NCBI RefSeq assembly: GCF_009834535.1
Contig: NC_045697.1
Location: forward strand, 6,140,001-6,204,000
Reading direction: 5' to 3'
Source of the DNA: Camelus ferus
Taxonomy: Eukaryota
DNA length: 64,000 bases
Shown one piece after another: positions 25,701 through 37,700 of the stretch. The position numbers and the translations under genes were made by a program. A model generated the notes under the pieces. The model made no database searches. It was not told the origin of the DNA and saw only the letters and a program-made list of their open reading frames with translations. Position 1 is the stretch's first letter, and each line of letters opens with the position of its first letter.

Positions 25701-28700
25701 CTGTCTCATGTCACACCAGCTCTCCCACATCCAGCAGGGACCGAGTCCCTCCAGAGTGCAGTCTCATTGGTGAAACGGGGCTACTGCTGCCTGGCACAGA
25801 GTGCCTGGTGCCGACACGGGACACTTGCCCCTCACAAGCCAGCGCGCTCACCATCCTGCTCAGAGTGGGATGAGCTTCCAGGGACTCTGAAGCTGTTCCT
25901 CCCAGAACCCACCTCTGAGTGCTCACAGTTTACAGGACTTAAACAGCAATGTGACTCGGGAAAAATCTAGTCTAAGCCCTTGGACAAGGAGAAAAATCAG
26001 GTCCGGGAAGTCATGCGGTCAGGCCAACGAGGTCATTCCCTTTCTGGCAACTATTCTACCTGGAGGATGGAGGAGCCCGCCGGCTGCCGGACGATGGGGA
26101 GTCTTCTGGGCCCTCATCACTCACATTCTCGGAGCAATAAAGCCGCACGTGTCCTGTGCATCTGCCACCTGCGCTGCCCAGGGTGGGGACAGAGAGGGTG
26201 ACCCGCCCACTCACCGAGTAGCCATCAGCAACGCTGAAGACCGTGACCACCTTGCTGGCATCGCAGACGGCGAGGAAGGCGCCGTCGTTGGAATACGCCA
26301 TGTCGGTCACGGGGCCCTTGGCTTCCAGGAGCTTGCCCTCATCCTTCAGCGTGGTGCCCAGGATGGAGTACAGGCGGACGTTCCCATCCTGCAGGACACA
26401 GGGGCAGCGGGTCACTCGCCTGACAGGTGTGCATGCACACACGCACACACACGCATTCCTGATACCCTTCTTTTTGGAGAGAGGGTCCAGGGTACCAGAA
26501 ATAAACAGTAGTTCCCCCACCACTGTCCCTGCTCAGCCCCTGTGCCAGGAGAGAGGCTCCTCCTTCCTCACGGCACCAGACAGCGCCTCCTACAACCCTG
26601 CAGCAGTCCTCACGGCTTAGCACGTGGGCAGAATTACAGTACTCTACGGTCAATTGCTTTAAAATTATATTTAAATTAGTTGCATTAAAATGCAGGGTCC
26701 CAGGCACCCCTAATTCTGATTCTGCCTCTCTGGGTGCTCAGGACTCTGGCTCTTCCACAAATATTCCAGGAGGTTCTGGTGCAGGTGTTCACAGGCAAAC
26801 TTTGAGAAGCATCTGTTCACAAGTGAGCTCTCCAGGAAGGCCCCTAAGGTGGCCGTCCCCTCCACCTGTGCCCTGTGCCCCACAGCCCTTCGCTAACCCG
26901 GCAGGGCCCCTCAGGCACCAGGCTCCCCTCCCTGCCCCGTCCAGCCCGTCTCCTAGCAAACCCCATCCCTGTGGTGTCCAGGCGCCTCTCCCTGGGAGGC
27001 ATCCCTGCTCTTCAGGAGCTTGCCCTCAGCCCACCGGCTGTCCCCAGCCCCAGGGTCCTTGGGTCAGGGATGCCCAATGGACGTTCAGTTGCCTGAGCTG
27101 GACTCCCCTCAGCTGGAGCATGCAGGGGGCTTCTGGGCATCTGTGCTGACCTTTGGGAACCCCCACCAAGGTGGACGCACCTCAGCCACCTGCCCTCCAG
27201 GGCAGGGAGCCCCCTGATTTTCTGCCCCAGAGCCCTGTTCAGGGCCTGGAAGTGTAACACACACTGCATGAACTAATGAAGGTGGAGAGAGAGCAGATGA
27301 GAGTGACAGAGAAGGAACGGGGGTGATGGGGTGGGTCCCTCTGGGGGCAGCTGAGCTGTCAGCATGCCCAACAGTCACAAGGTCCCCTGGCTGCATCTTG
27401 ATGCGCTCCTGCCCCGCCTGTAACACGGGAGGAATGGTGAGGCCAGCCCCAGGCCGGGGCTCTGAGCACAGAGTCCTCGAGGTCGGTGACAAGCCCACTC
27501 AATGCCACACGTGGCAGGAGTCTGGGCTTGAGGTCGTGTGAGGAGGAGACAACATTCGAGGGGAGAAGGTTGTGCTCACAGACGGCACAGGGGACATCTC
27601 CAGGCCCCACAGCGCAGACATCTGCCATCAGGTGGCGTGAGTGACGGGACGGCTACTTGCTGGAACTTTGTAACGTCAACAAAGTAAGTGCAGACCGGTG
27701 TGTGTGGGACAAGGGGACACGCGGTGTAAACGCGGACATGTACGTGTGTGCCTGACTAAGACACACAGGCCCAGGGCTGAGGACACCCGGGAAGGTGAAA
27801 CTGCCAATACCCGGAGGCACCGGCTGAGGCGACGGACCATCAGGCCATCTCTCTCTCTTTTTTAAGAGGAAAAGCAAAGGTCTAAAGGGCAGGGTGTGGC
27901 CGTATGGGGGGGGGGGATAGGGCTGGAACCCCACATCTGACCCTGAGCCCCCACCCAGGGCCCTGGCTGAGAGCTGCCTTCTAAAAGGTGGAGGTGTGTC
28001 GAGGACACCTAGAGGGGGAAGAGCAGGTGACAGAGGAGCTGCCCAGGACTGCGGGCAACAGGAAGCCAGACTCCGGGGAAACCAGGAAACCCTGAGGCTG
28101 ACACCTCACCTCCCAGGTGCGAGGATTCTCAGGCTGCTCTCCTCTTTGCGCCCCTGAGCCCGGCTGAGGACGGGCCCAGCTCGGAGCCAGCTCTTTTCCC
28201 AGGTGCTGCACCCATGAGCTCCCAACTGCTCACAGGGCTGATGCCCAGGGCAAGCGTCCCTGCCCAAGTCCCCGAGCACAGCCCACCCCGCTGCCAGGAC
28301 CCTTGGTCTCTCAGGACACGCTGCATCACCCAGGGGTGTGGGGGGGCTCTCGTTCGGGCAGCAGGAGGCGCCCCGGCTGGCTGCCACGCCCTCCCTCTGC
28401 CTGGATACCCCAGGGCAGAGGGCGTGGGGCAGGGACTTACCGCGCCCCCGATGGCCACTGTCTCGCCGCCGGGATGCACCGCCACCACTTCGGGCTCGTA
28501 GCTGAGGTTGTCGATGCTGAAGCACTTCCTCTGGTCCTTCAGCAGGACAATCTAGGAAACACGTGGGCAGCCGTTAGAGGCGCAGAGGCCCCGGGATGGA
28601 TGGTTCAGGCCTGGGCTGGGCGCTGTCCTGAAACTTTCGGGGGTGGCATGGGGTAGGGAAGGGCAGCACCGGGGCTCAGCCACCGTAAGTGGGATCAGTC

Positions 28701-31700
28701 CTGGCCCTGTGACCCTGTGGTGTCACACAGGGTCTGTCATCCGTCAACAATGCCAGTGACAGTTCCTCGTCACAGTGTCGGAATGAACACTGGCTGTATC
28801 ACCATCATCACTGTCACGGCTACATAATGACGCTGCTGTCACCACCAGCACTGAGTTCCTAGAAAGCCATCCGACACCTGAGCTTTCATTTCTCCAACTG
28901 CACAGTGAGCGTAATAAACGAGCTTTGCTGAGCAGAGTTCTCATGGGTTCAAGAAGACACAGCACTGTGACAGGGCTCAAAGCCGACACTAAAAACGAAC
29001 AGGACAGGCTAGACTTCCAAGTTCTCAGGTCCAAAGAAATACCTTTTACAATCTGGACCTGCAGTGTGTGAGTCCCCACAGCCTGGGACAGTGCTGGTGC
29101 CTGTTCTACAGAGAAAACTGGGGCCCCCGGCTGCTGACTCCAGCAGGTGGACGGCAGCGTGGGGATTCCCAGATTCTCAGAGGCCCTCTGCTCTCTGCCA
29201 GCCTCCAGCCCCGGCAGGGAGGGAAGGACAGACAGACGGCTCCTGGCCAAGTGGCCTGGTGGCATCCGCTACACCTCCCCAAGCCCCAGCCAGCACCTGC
29301 CTTGGTTCCCCCTCCTACTTGACTCGGCAGGACAGAGAACTCAGGCGGGCAGAGCGCCCTGGTGTCCAGGCACCACAGAAAGGCCCTGGTCCTGGCTCAG
29401 CCACCTAGAACCATCCTGAGCCTCCTCCTCCCAGGGATTAAGAACCCAGTGGTGCCTACCCACCCCGAAGACGGAATTCAGTGCTCAGGGTAAATACAGT
29501 CTCTAATCAAAGCAAACAAAAACAGCAGCTAGAGTCCACCTAGTGTGAGCCACTAGTCTTGCCATGCGTGGTGACCCCAGGATGGCAGGCGCACCTCCGG
29601 GCAGATAGGAGAAAATGAGGTACAGGGCATTGTCCACGGGCTGACACCCCACAGCTCTCAGAGCTGAGCTGGAGCTCACGCCCAGGCGGCAGGACCCCAA
29701 ATCTCTGCTCTGGCCACCATGCTGTGCCTTCTGCCCTCTGGCACACAGCCCAGGACCCCCCAGGACGGGGGACCCCACACTGTCCCCACCGCTGCCGCTC
29801 CTCACCACGCCTCCCGGTTCTAACTCACTGGACTGACCAGACAGCTTGGCCTCCACTTGTGACGACTATGGCTTCACCCCACTGTATCCCCGCTCAAGCC
29901 ACCAGCTGCCCCAGCCCCCTGACCCTGCACCGCCCGGGGGTGTACTGTGGGCTGTGCTGTGGGGCTGGGGAGGCGGCAGCACCCTCACTGAGATCTGTTA
30001 CTGACACTGCACCTGGAGAGACACTCACTCCATCAACTGCCCAGCTCAGGCAGGGCCCTTACACACCTATACCTGACAGACAAAGGCTGCGGGCAACTGC
30101 GCAGATCTGCCGAAGAGCAGAGACTGGAGCGTGGCTGCTCCCTGACCTACGATCACGGGCCCCTTCCAGCACATTCTGCAGCAAAGGGGAGTTCTACAGA
30201 AGCCCTCTTCCTGGAGCGGCGGTCAGGGCGCCCTAGGGAACTGGGGGAGCTCCGGCCTGTCACAGAACCATCACCACACCTGACCCCAAGGCCCCCAGAC
30301 TCCTTGGAATCTGTGGGGCCCAGGGGAGAACCCTGCCTGTGCTGGCCCCTCCCAAGCAGAGCACCAGGTGGCCCCTCTCTGAACGTCCTCGCGTGAGCCT
30401 GGCGAGGGCTTCAGAGGACAGCCTGTCCCGACCGCAGCTCCGCGGACAGGAGACTGAGGCTCATGGTCGGGAGAAGGCGGGGCCGGGAACTCGGAGCCCC
30501 AGCTCCCATCCTCTCCCCAACAAAGGCCAGGTGCTCAGATACCAGGCTGGGAGTGCCCACTTCACGGAGCCGCAGCCCACTCTGCCTGCCCTTCTAGAAG
30601 GTCAACTTTCAGTCTCTCCTCCACCAGCTAGGATGCTCCGGGCTGCTGATTCCTTTTGTACCCCCACTGACCACCAAGGCTGTCAGCAGTAATTGCTTGG
30701 CAGGAAGTTGGTGTTATCTAGGACACACAGGAATCCTTTCTCCCCGAAGCAATTAAGTTCAGAGAATGGAGGAGGGGTGGCGGATCCGGGTGACAGCTCT
30801 CTGTGGCAGGTTTGCCACTCGTGCCAACGGGGGCTCCGTCACACCTGCCTTCTCTGATCCGCACGCTGGGGCGCCCAGGTCTGCTGACAGACGGTGTTCA
30901 CAATGGAGCAGAGTCTTGTGTAAAGTGGGTCAGGCCGGGGTCTCAGTCAAGGGCGATCTGTCCCAGAAATTCCAAGAGATGGGTGTAGAGACCTTACCGC
31001 CTTGAATGAGAACCAGGCTGCAGAGCTGGAACCCCGAACCCTATTCTGGGTGCTACCCTCCCCAACCATCACGTGGCCTCGGGAATTCACGGTCACAATA
31101 AGCCTCAGCCCGCTTGCTTGTGAAGACGGTTCAAGTCGCCCAAAACGTACTTTCTCCTAATCCTCCCCGGGAGCTGCAAGGGATGAGGACACAAGCTCAG
31201 AAAGGGTGAGGAAACTGCCTGAGGTCACACAGCTCCCAGGCTGCAGGGCTCGGATCTGAACACGAGAGACAGCAGAGCCACCCTGGCTGTGCCTCTCGTG
31301 GGCCTCCTGGGTGGTGGACATGCAGCTCGAGTGCGGGCTCTGACCCAGCTTCAAATCCCAGCTCTGCCTTTGCTGGACGCAGACCCTGGGTAGCTCAGCC
31401 TCTGAGCCTTGGTTTCCTCCCTAGTAAGATGGAGACGGCGCCATGCCTAACTGATAGGACTGTCCATGCTTGGTGAAGCCCCATGAAGCCCACAGTCTGG
31501 TGCAAGCAGGGCTCAGTAGAAATGGGGTTAAAGGAGGTGAGAGGGAAGTGGGGACCAGACAAATGCAGCTCGGACCTGCTCTCCCACCTCTTCCTCCAGC
31601 CAAACCCCAGCAGGAGCAGTACCTGCCCAATGCACACGACCACGGCGTAGCCCCCGGGGCCGACAGCCACACACTTCGGCTGGACGTCCAGCTTCACAAC

Positions 31701-34700
31701 TCCCTGTCCGCTGCAGAGAGAAGGAAAGTCGTTACTTCAGTCTCAAAGTGGGCAGTGTGGCTGTAAACACTCACTCACTGCAGAACCACGGCAATCTGGG
31801 TGACTGAGAAGGAAATTCTGCTGCGGTCTCTCCTGAGGGAGCCTTGGCTAAAGCAAGGGAGGGGGTAAGAAATGACTCAGACTCTGGGAGAGAGAAGAGG
31901 AGTCACGAAGGGGCTGTGATGATGGGAAGTGGGTGGGGAGAAGTCAAGGGAGTACTTTCTGTTCCCACTCATCAGTGACAAGGGCCCGCTTCATCACTGC
32001 CCTGTCATGGCTTTTGTCCCCACGTGTGTCAGCCAGACCCCTCAGCATTCTCTGGGTACAGACAGAATTGGGTTCTGCCCCCCCCCAATTCCTATGGAAT
32101 AACCAGTCTCCTCCGCAGAGTAATTAAAAAATAAACCCCGTATTTTTTATGTGTAAAAACTGTGTTATCTTTACTTTTGGCTAAAACTATGAATGCATCC
32201 TAGAAAAATCTGTACGTGGAAAAATTTGAAAATGGTAAACTGAGAAAAATTTCACATAACTGGGCCAAGTGTGGAGTCCCTGAGGCTCAGTGAATGGGCC
32301 CTGTGACAAAGTGACCAGGCGTGGCTTTGCCCTGGGTCCTCTCATCAGCTGAGGCTCAGGATGGCGGCACGGCCCCTCGGCAGGACTTCACGAGGAATGC
32401 GCTAATGCCGGGGGCTCACTACAGGCAGCACGGAGAGGACACCAGGGCCTGGACACCTGGGTCCTGGGGTGGCTAGTGCACTCACAGGGAGGTCTGTCTG
32501 ACTCTCAACGCCTAGCTTGCCCAGGACAGGTGAGGCCCATGGACACGCTGGTGTGACTGTGCCCGAGATGTCCTCCAGGAGCCGTGTCCAGTGAGATGTC
32601 CAGCAGGACACGGGGGTCTACACACAGGACAGAGCGAGGACGGAGCTCACGGTGAGACCAGGCCTGTCCCGTTCTACCCGGCATCCCAGGAACCCTGCAC
32701 CTGGCTGAGGTCTGTGCGGGCCACCTGGACTCTGACCGGGCTCCCGGCCGAGGGCCTTGCATTAGGAGAGCGAGTGCTCAGGGCAAGAGGAGAGAGGAGC
32801 AGAGAACGCCGTCACTGGCAGTAACGGCTACAGGCCAAGGGTCCCATGGGGCTGAGGCGCATCCCGGACCCTGGGCAGCTCTCACCTGTAGTCCCGCAGC
32901 GTGAGGCTGGTGTACCGCACCGTGTCATCCATGCTGCAGCTCACCAGCTGCCCGGACTCGTCCACCGTCATCCTGGACACCTGGTTCGTGTGGCCCTTCC
33001 CGGCGAAGGAGTCGTTCTCCCCTGTCTCCGAATCCCAGTAATGTGGGGCGGAGGGTTAAGGAAGAGTCCGGCCTCCAAGAGGCAGTGCTTGTCCCCTGGG
33101 GAGGCCAGGGCCAGTGCCACGTCCCAGGCAGCATGTTAGGGACAGGGACTGGGCACTGGGCCTGAGGGAGATGGCTTGAGGATGTCTGGGTCCAGATTTC
33201 AGAGAGCAGACCTTCTGGTAAACCAGCAAGAAGGCCCAACACGTGTCAGCAGGCTTCTTATAACCCAGCGTGCCCACTCAGCCTGCTTATCTACAGAACA
33301 GGACCCGGGAGGTCACAGGACTGTGAGGACTGTGATGACGGACTCAGCTCTGTCTGAGATGGGGCTCAGCAGGAAGCTGCTGTCCCCTGGGGCCCCGTGT
33401 AACTGAGCCCACGCTTCCCCTGCTCTTTCTAGCCTGCGATCCAGCCCATGGCTGTGCCACCAGGTAGATGGCCCTGGGCTGACCCACCTGGGAGCGGCCA
33501 GATCGGGGGCTGCTGGTGCGGGGCGCTCCGGTGAGGTGGGCTGTAGTACGTTATGAGACTTTCCTTTTACACCAATAGTCGATGACTCATTTCCAGTGCA
33601 GACTGTCCACCTAGGAAGCTACGTGTATGTTCCACTGCTAACACATTCTCGAGGGAAGGCCCAGCTTGGTGCTATAGGAGGTTAATGCCACAGTGCGCTG
33701 ACACCAGGGTTGGGCACAAGGGGGCGGTGCCAAGTGGGGACCGGCACCGGGGCAGCTGAGGACGGCAGGACTGGGGAGGCCTGCACGCTGCTCCAGTGCC
33801 TCCTGTGCCCAAGTATAGTGCAGGCTTGGGCAAGATGCCCCTGCTGTCCCTCCATCTCCTTACACTTGAAGGAGTGGACTACCTTGTCTGCCCTCCTCCC
33901 TTGGGGTTGAGGGGAGGCCTTCCCAGTGAGGAAGCCCTGCAGAGACAAGGCAGGGCTGTGGAGGTGGGAGAAGTCCGGGGTTTGGGACAGACCAGGAACC
34001 AGTCTGACGAGGGAGGGCAGGCCCCTCAGGCAGCACCAGTGCCCCTCCTCGGGGGATGGCAGAACAAAGCAGCCACAAGGCCCTGCTGAGGCTAGCCCCT
34101 CAGACAACTGCTCCATCGCTTGCCATCCTGGGAGGAGGGGTCACTGGCTCCAGGCCTCCCAACACCAGAAGGGGGTTGGTTGTAGGGGTGCCAGGAGACA
34201 TTACAGAGGGACCAAAAAGCACCTCACAGGGAAGGGAAGCTCAGTTCCACACAGATCTGCTGCTGCCAGGAGGTGCGATGTTGGCGAAGGTGCCCTAGCC
34301 ATCAGAGTTTCACTTTTCCCATTTTTAAAACAAGGAGACTTTACCAAAAGGCTCTAAGTCCATTGGATTTTAACACATTGATTCTGCTGCTTGTGAGAGG
34401 GGCAAGGCCGGCAGCAGGCCCCGCGCGGAGAGAGGCAGCTCCAGTTCAGGGAAGCTTGGCTGCACAACAAGTGACCCATCAGGTCAAGGTCAGGGCCCAG
34501 AGCTGGAGGCCCCATGTGTGGGCCTGGTGGCACCTCTCAGCAGCCAGGACTGGGCAGGAGTCCTGACGCCACCTGGCTGGCCTCGTTTCTGGCACCGTGG
34601 GAACAGGAAACTCCCGCCTCTCCTGCCAGGGGCCCGGGAGCCAGCCCTGTGAGTCAAAGGATATTAATGTGTCCGTCGTGGCTCCCAGAGTAGATGTACG

Positions 34701-37700
34701 ACTTGCCGCCGTTTTTATGCACCGTCAGGCACTGGATGGATTTGCTGTGACCCTATGGAGAAGACAGACGGGCGGGTGAGCTGAGGACACACCATCCTGC
34801 CTGTGACTGTCAACCGCTCTCCCCTGGGTGAGGGGGAGGGAGAGGCCCTCAATGCCGCAGCCCCAGTGGGCCTGAAACACCGCCCACCAGCCTCCTGAGC
34901 TGACTGACCACCTGACAAACCAGTGACATTCGGGCCCTTCCCTCCGAGGCACTCAACCCCAACCCGGGTGGGTACACTAACTGAAGCCCCAGCAGCAGAG
35001 CGTCCAGTCTGCGCAGCCTGACCCAGGCAGCTCCCGCCCTAGAAGGAAATGCTGCTCACACCCGTGGAGGAAGCGCCCCACCCAGGGCTGACCCTCGACA
35101 GCGGCGAAGCAGTGGTGCCCGGGCGCTAGCGGGAGGAGGCGGCGGGGGGGAGCCTCTGTACTAGGAGCAGCTCATGGCTTGTCCTCTACCCAGAAGCACA
35201 GCTCGCGACTCCAGCATGTGTCTTCCAAGAAAGGTCACGCAGTTCTCAGAGACTGGAGAACCAGTAAACAGATCCAAAGTCCTTTCCATGGGACAGCAAT
35301 CCACCAGCCCTTCTACTTAGAGCCGGGTCCTCAGAGCAGCGTTGATCCCATCTGGAGTCTTATCCCTCACAGCCCGGGGACTCAGAACTGCTCTCAACAA
35401 GAAGCCTGGTGACTTGTGCTCGTCCCCTGCCTGGGGCAGCAGCCTCACCTGGAACTTGCGAGAAATGCGAGCTCTTGCACATCCCACAGGTGAGCCCTCT
35501 GAGCACAGGGGCCCAGCCCAGCTACCATCTTCTAACAAGCGGGCCCTCTCACGTGATTCTGATGCACCTACAAGCTTGAGCCAGAATCACCTGGGTGACT
35601 CTTACAAGTACCAGCCTCTAAGAGCCCTCCCTGCAGGCTCTGATGGAGTCCTGCTGGGGCCGGCCAGGCAGCAAGCCTGTTTTGGAAGCTCCCTACTGAT
35701 CTGAACATGTGCCAGGGCCGAGAACTGCTATTCCAACCCCAGCCTGTCCCTGGGCTCACGCACTGCCCGACCTCAGCACCAAACACCCGAGGATTTTCAC
35801 GTGCACACGGCAGGAGAGCTGGGAAGGGTTTCTCTGACAACTGTAAACGCCCACAGGGGTCCTGAGATGACCTGGGGGAGGAACCGGAGCCTGGCCAGCA
35901 GTGCCCATGCCACTGGCAGCAGTGAGTGGTCAGGCCCAGGCCTCCCTCGCTCCCAGGGTGGCTCCAGTCCGGGTACCAACAATCCGGGCTCCATGTCAGA
36001 CGGCCACCAGGCCCACTGTCGGAGAGGCCCATGGAAAGCTGCTTTCGTAGAAAGACAGAGTGGGCTGACAGCAATGCCTGAATCTCTAGAGCAATTTTCC
36101 TCCATCGCATGGAGGCCCAGTGAAGCGACTGTCCAGGGGACCCCTCCCAGCTCCGCCAGCTCTGTGCCAGGATGCACACACCTCCACTTTATCCTCATCA
36201 CACTGGGCTGGCAGTCTGTCCAGTAGGTGGTCCCCACGCCCCCATCCTCAGGGCCAAATCAAGTGAACCTTCATGGGAGCGGAGGTGCAGGACGGGCACT
36301 GAGGGCCAGTGTGGCTCCTGTACTGGACCGGCCCCCCCTCCCCGTCAGCAGCACCCCACCTCGACAGGACGCGGCAGGCACCAGGCCCCGCTGGACCTTG
36401 TGAGCCAGTCACACAGTTAAGGAGGATGAGGCCTGGCTCGGCCTCTTCCTTCCAGGGCAATTGTCCCAGCCCCTGGCCTACACAAACCCTATAAAGCCCA
36501 GACACCCCCCGGAGCCTGTCCGCACAGCCCTGAAGCAGCTGAGTGAGCAGGGCTGCGGGTTTGGCCTGAGAGGGCTCATGGCGGGGAGGGGATGACATGC
36601 AGCTCTGCTGTGGAAAGACCTCCCTTGAGAGCACAGCTCAGAATCCTTAGTCAGGGTCACACTCAAGCTCCACCTACTTCTCCAAGTTCATTTCCTCCCA
36701 CTCCCCACCACCCCCTCATGCCTTACCTGCTCTAACCACACAGCACAAGGGCCTCACACTCATTCCCACATTCCAATCCCACATATTGTCAAGGTCCAGC
36801 TCCGAGGCCTGCTGGACCCCCACGTCTGTGGCGATGCCCCACCACCTGCCCCATCCTGGGACTCAGTCTGTTCCCGGTCCTGCCTCACTAGCGAGGACAG
36901 AGCTGGTGAACTCCCAGCTGAGGGAGGCAGACCTCATAGGGACAAACGACCCTGATAGCAGGGGCGAGGGCCACTGCCCGGGACCTCAGGCCCTGAACAC
37001 CAGCTTTACAGCAGCTCCGGGGGAACTTGGCATCTGGCCTCCCACCTCTGCTAAACTCACATCCCCAAAGCAACCAGCATCCTGCTGTTCCCAAGACCCC
37101 CAGGGCGGAGCCCCTTCTCCACAGTGGGGCGCACACTTCCCTCCCGGCCGGGACCAGCCGGCAGAGCTGCTCCTGGGCACTGGCCTCACCTTGATGACCC
37201 GCAGGGGTTTGCTGGGGTTGTTTTTGTCCAGGTAGTTGATGTAGCCAGACAAGGAGATGCTGAGGAGGTGGTCCTTCTGCCATAAGCAGCCCAGCTGCTG
37301 GTCCAGAACGTTGGAGCCCATGGTAAACGTGTTGACGACAGAGTTCATATTGACGTCCCAAATTTTAGAGGTTTTGTCTCCAGAAGCAGAAAGCAAGTGG
37401 GAGCCATCAGGACTCCAGCTGATCTACTCAAACAAAATGGTGATCAGGTCAGAGCACTATCGGGGGAAGAGACCTCAGAAAGCAGCTGGTCCACAGATCC
37501 CCTTTCTGAGCGGGGAGGACCAGGAGGCGATGGAACACGACAGGGCAAGGACAAGAAGAGGGTCCTGGCCACTGGCCTCTCCAGGCCACGTCACCCTGTT
37601 CCACGTGGCCTACCAGCACTCCACCACTGCCCCTACTTCCAACCCCGCGTCGCAAGCTTCCAACTTCAACCCATGTAAGGATGATGGCAGACAGGCCCGA

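Noticed and set aside
31150..31470. Inverted MIR pair as a dsRNA or editing substrate
   Set aside because: The copies look too diverged from each other to form an extended duplex.
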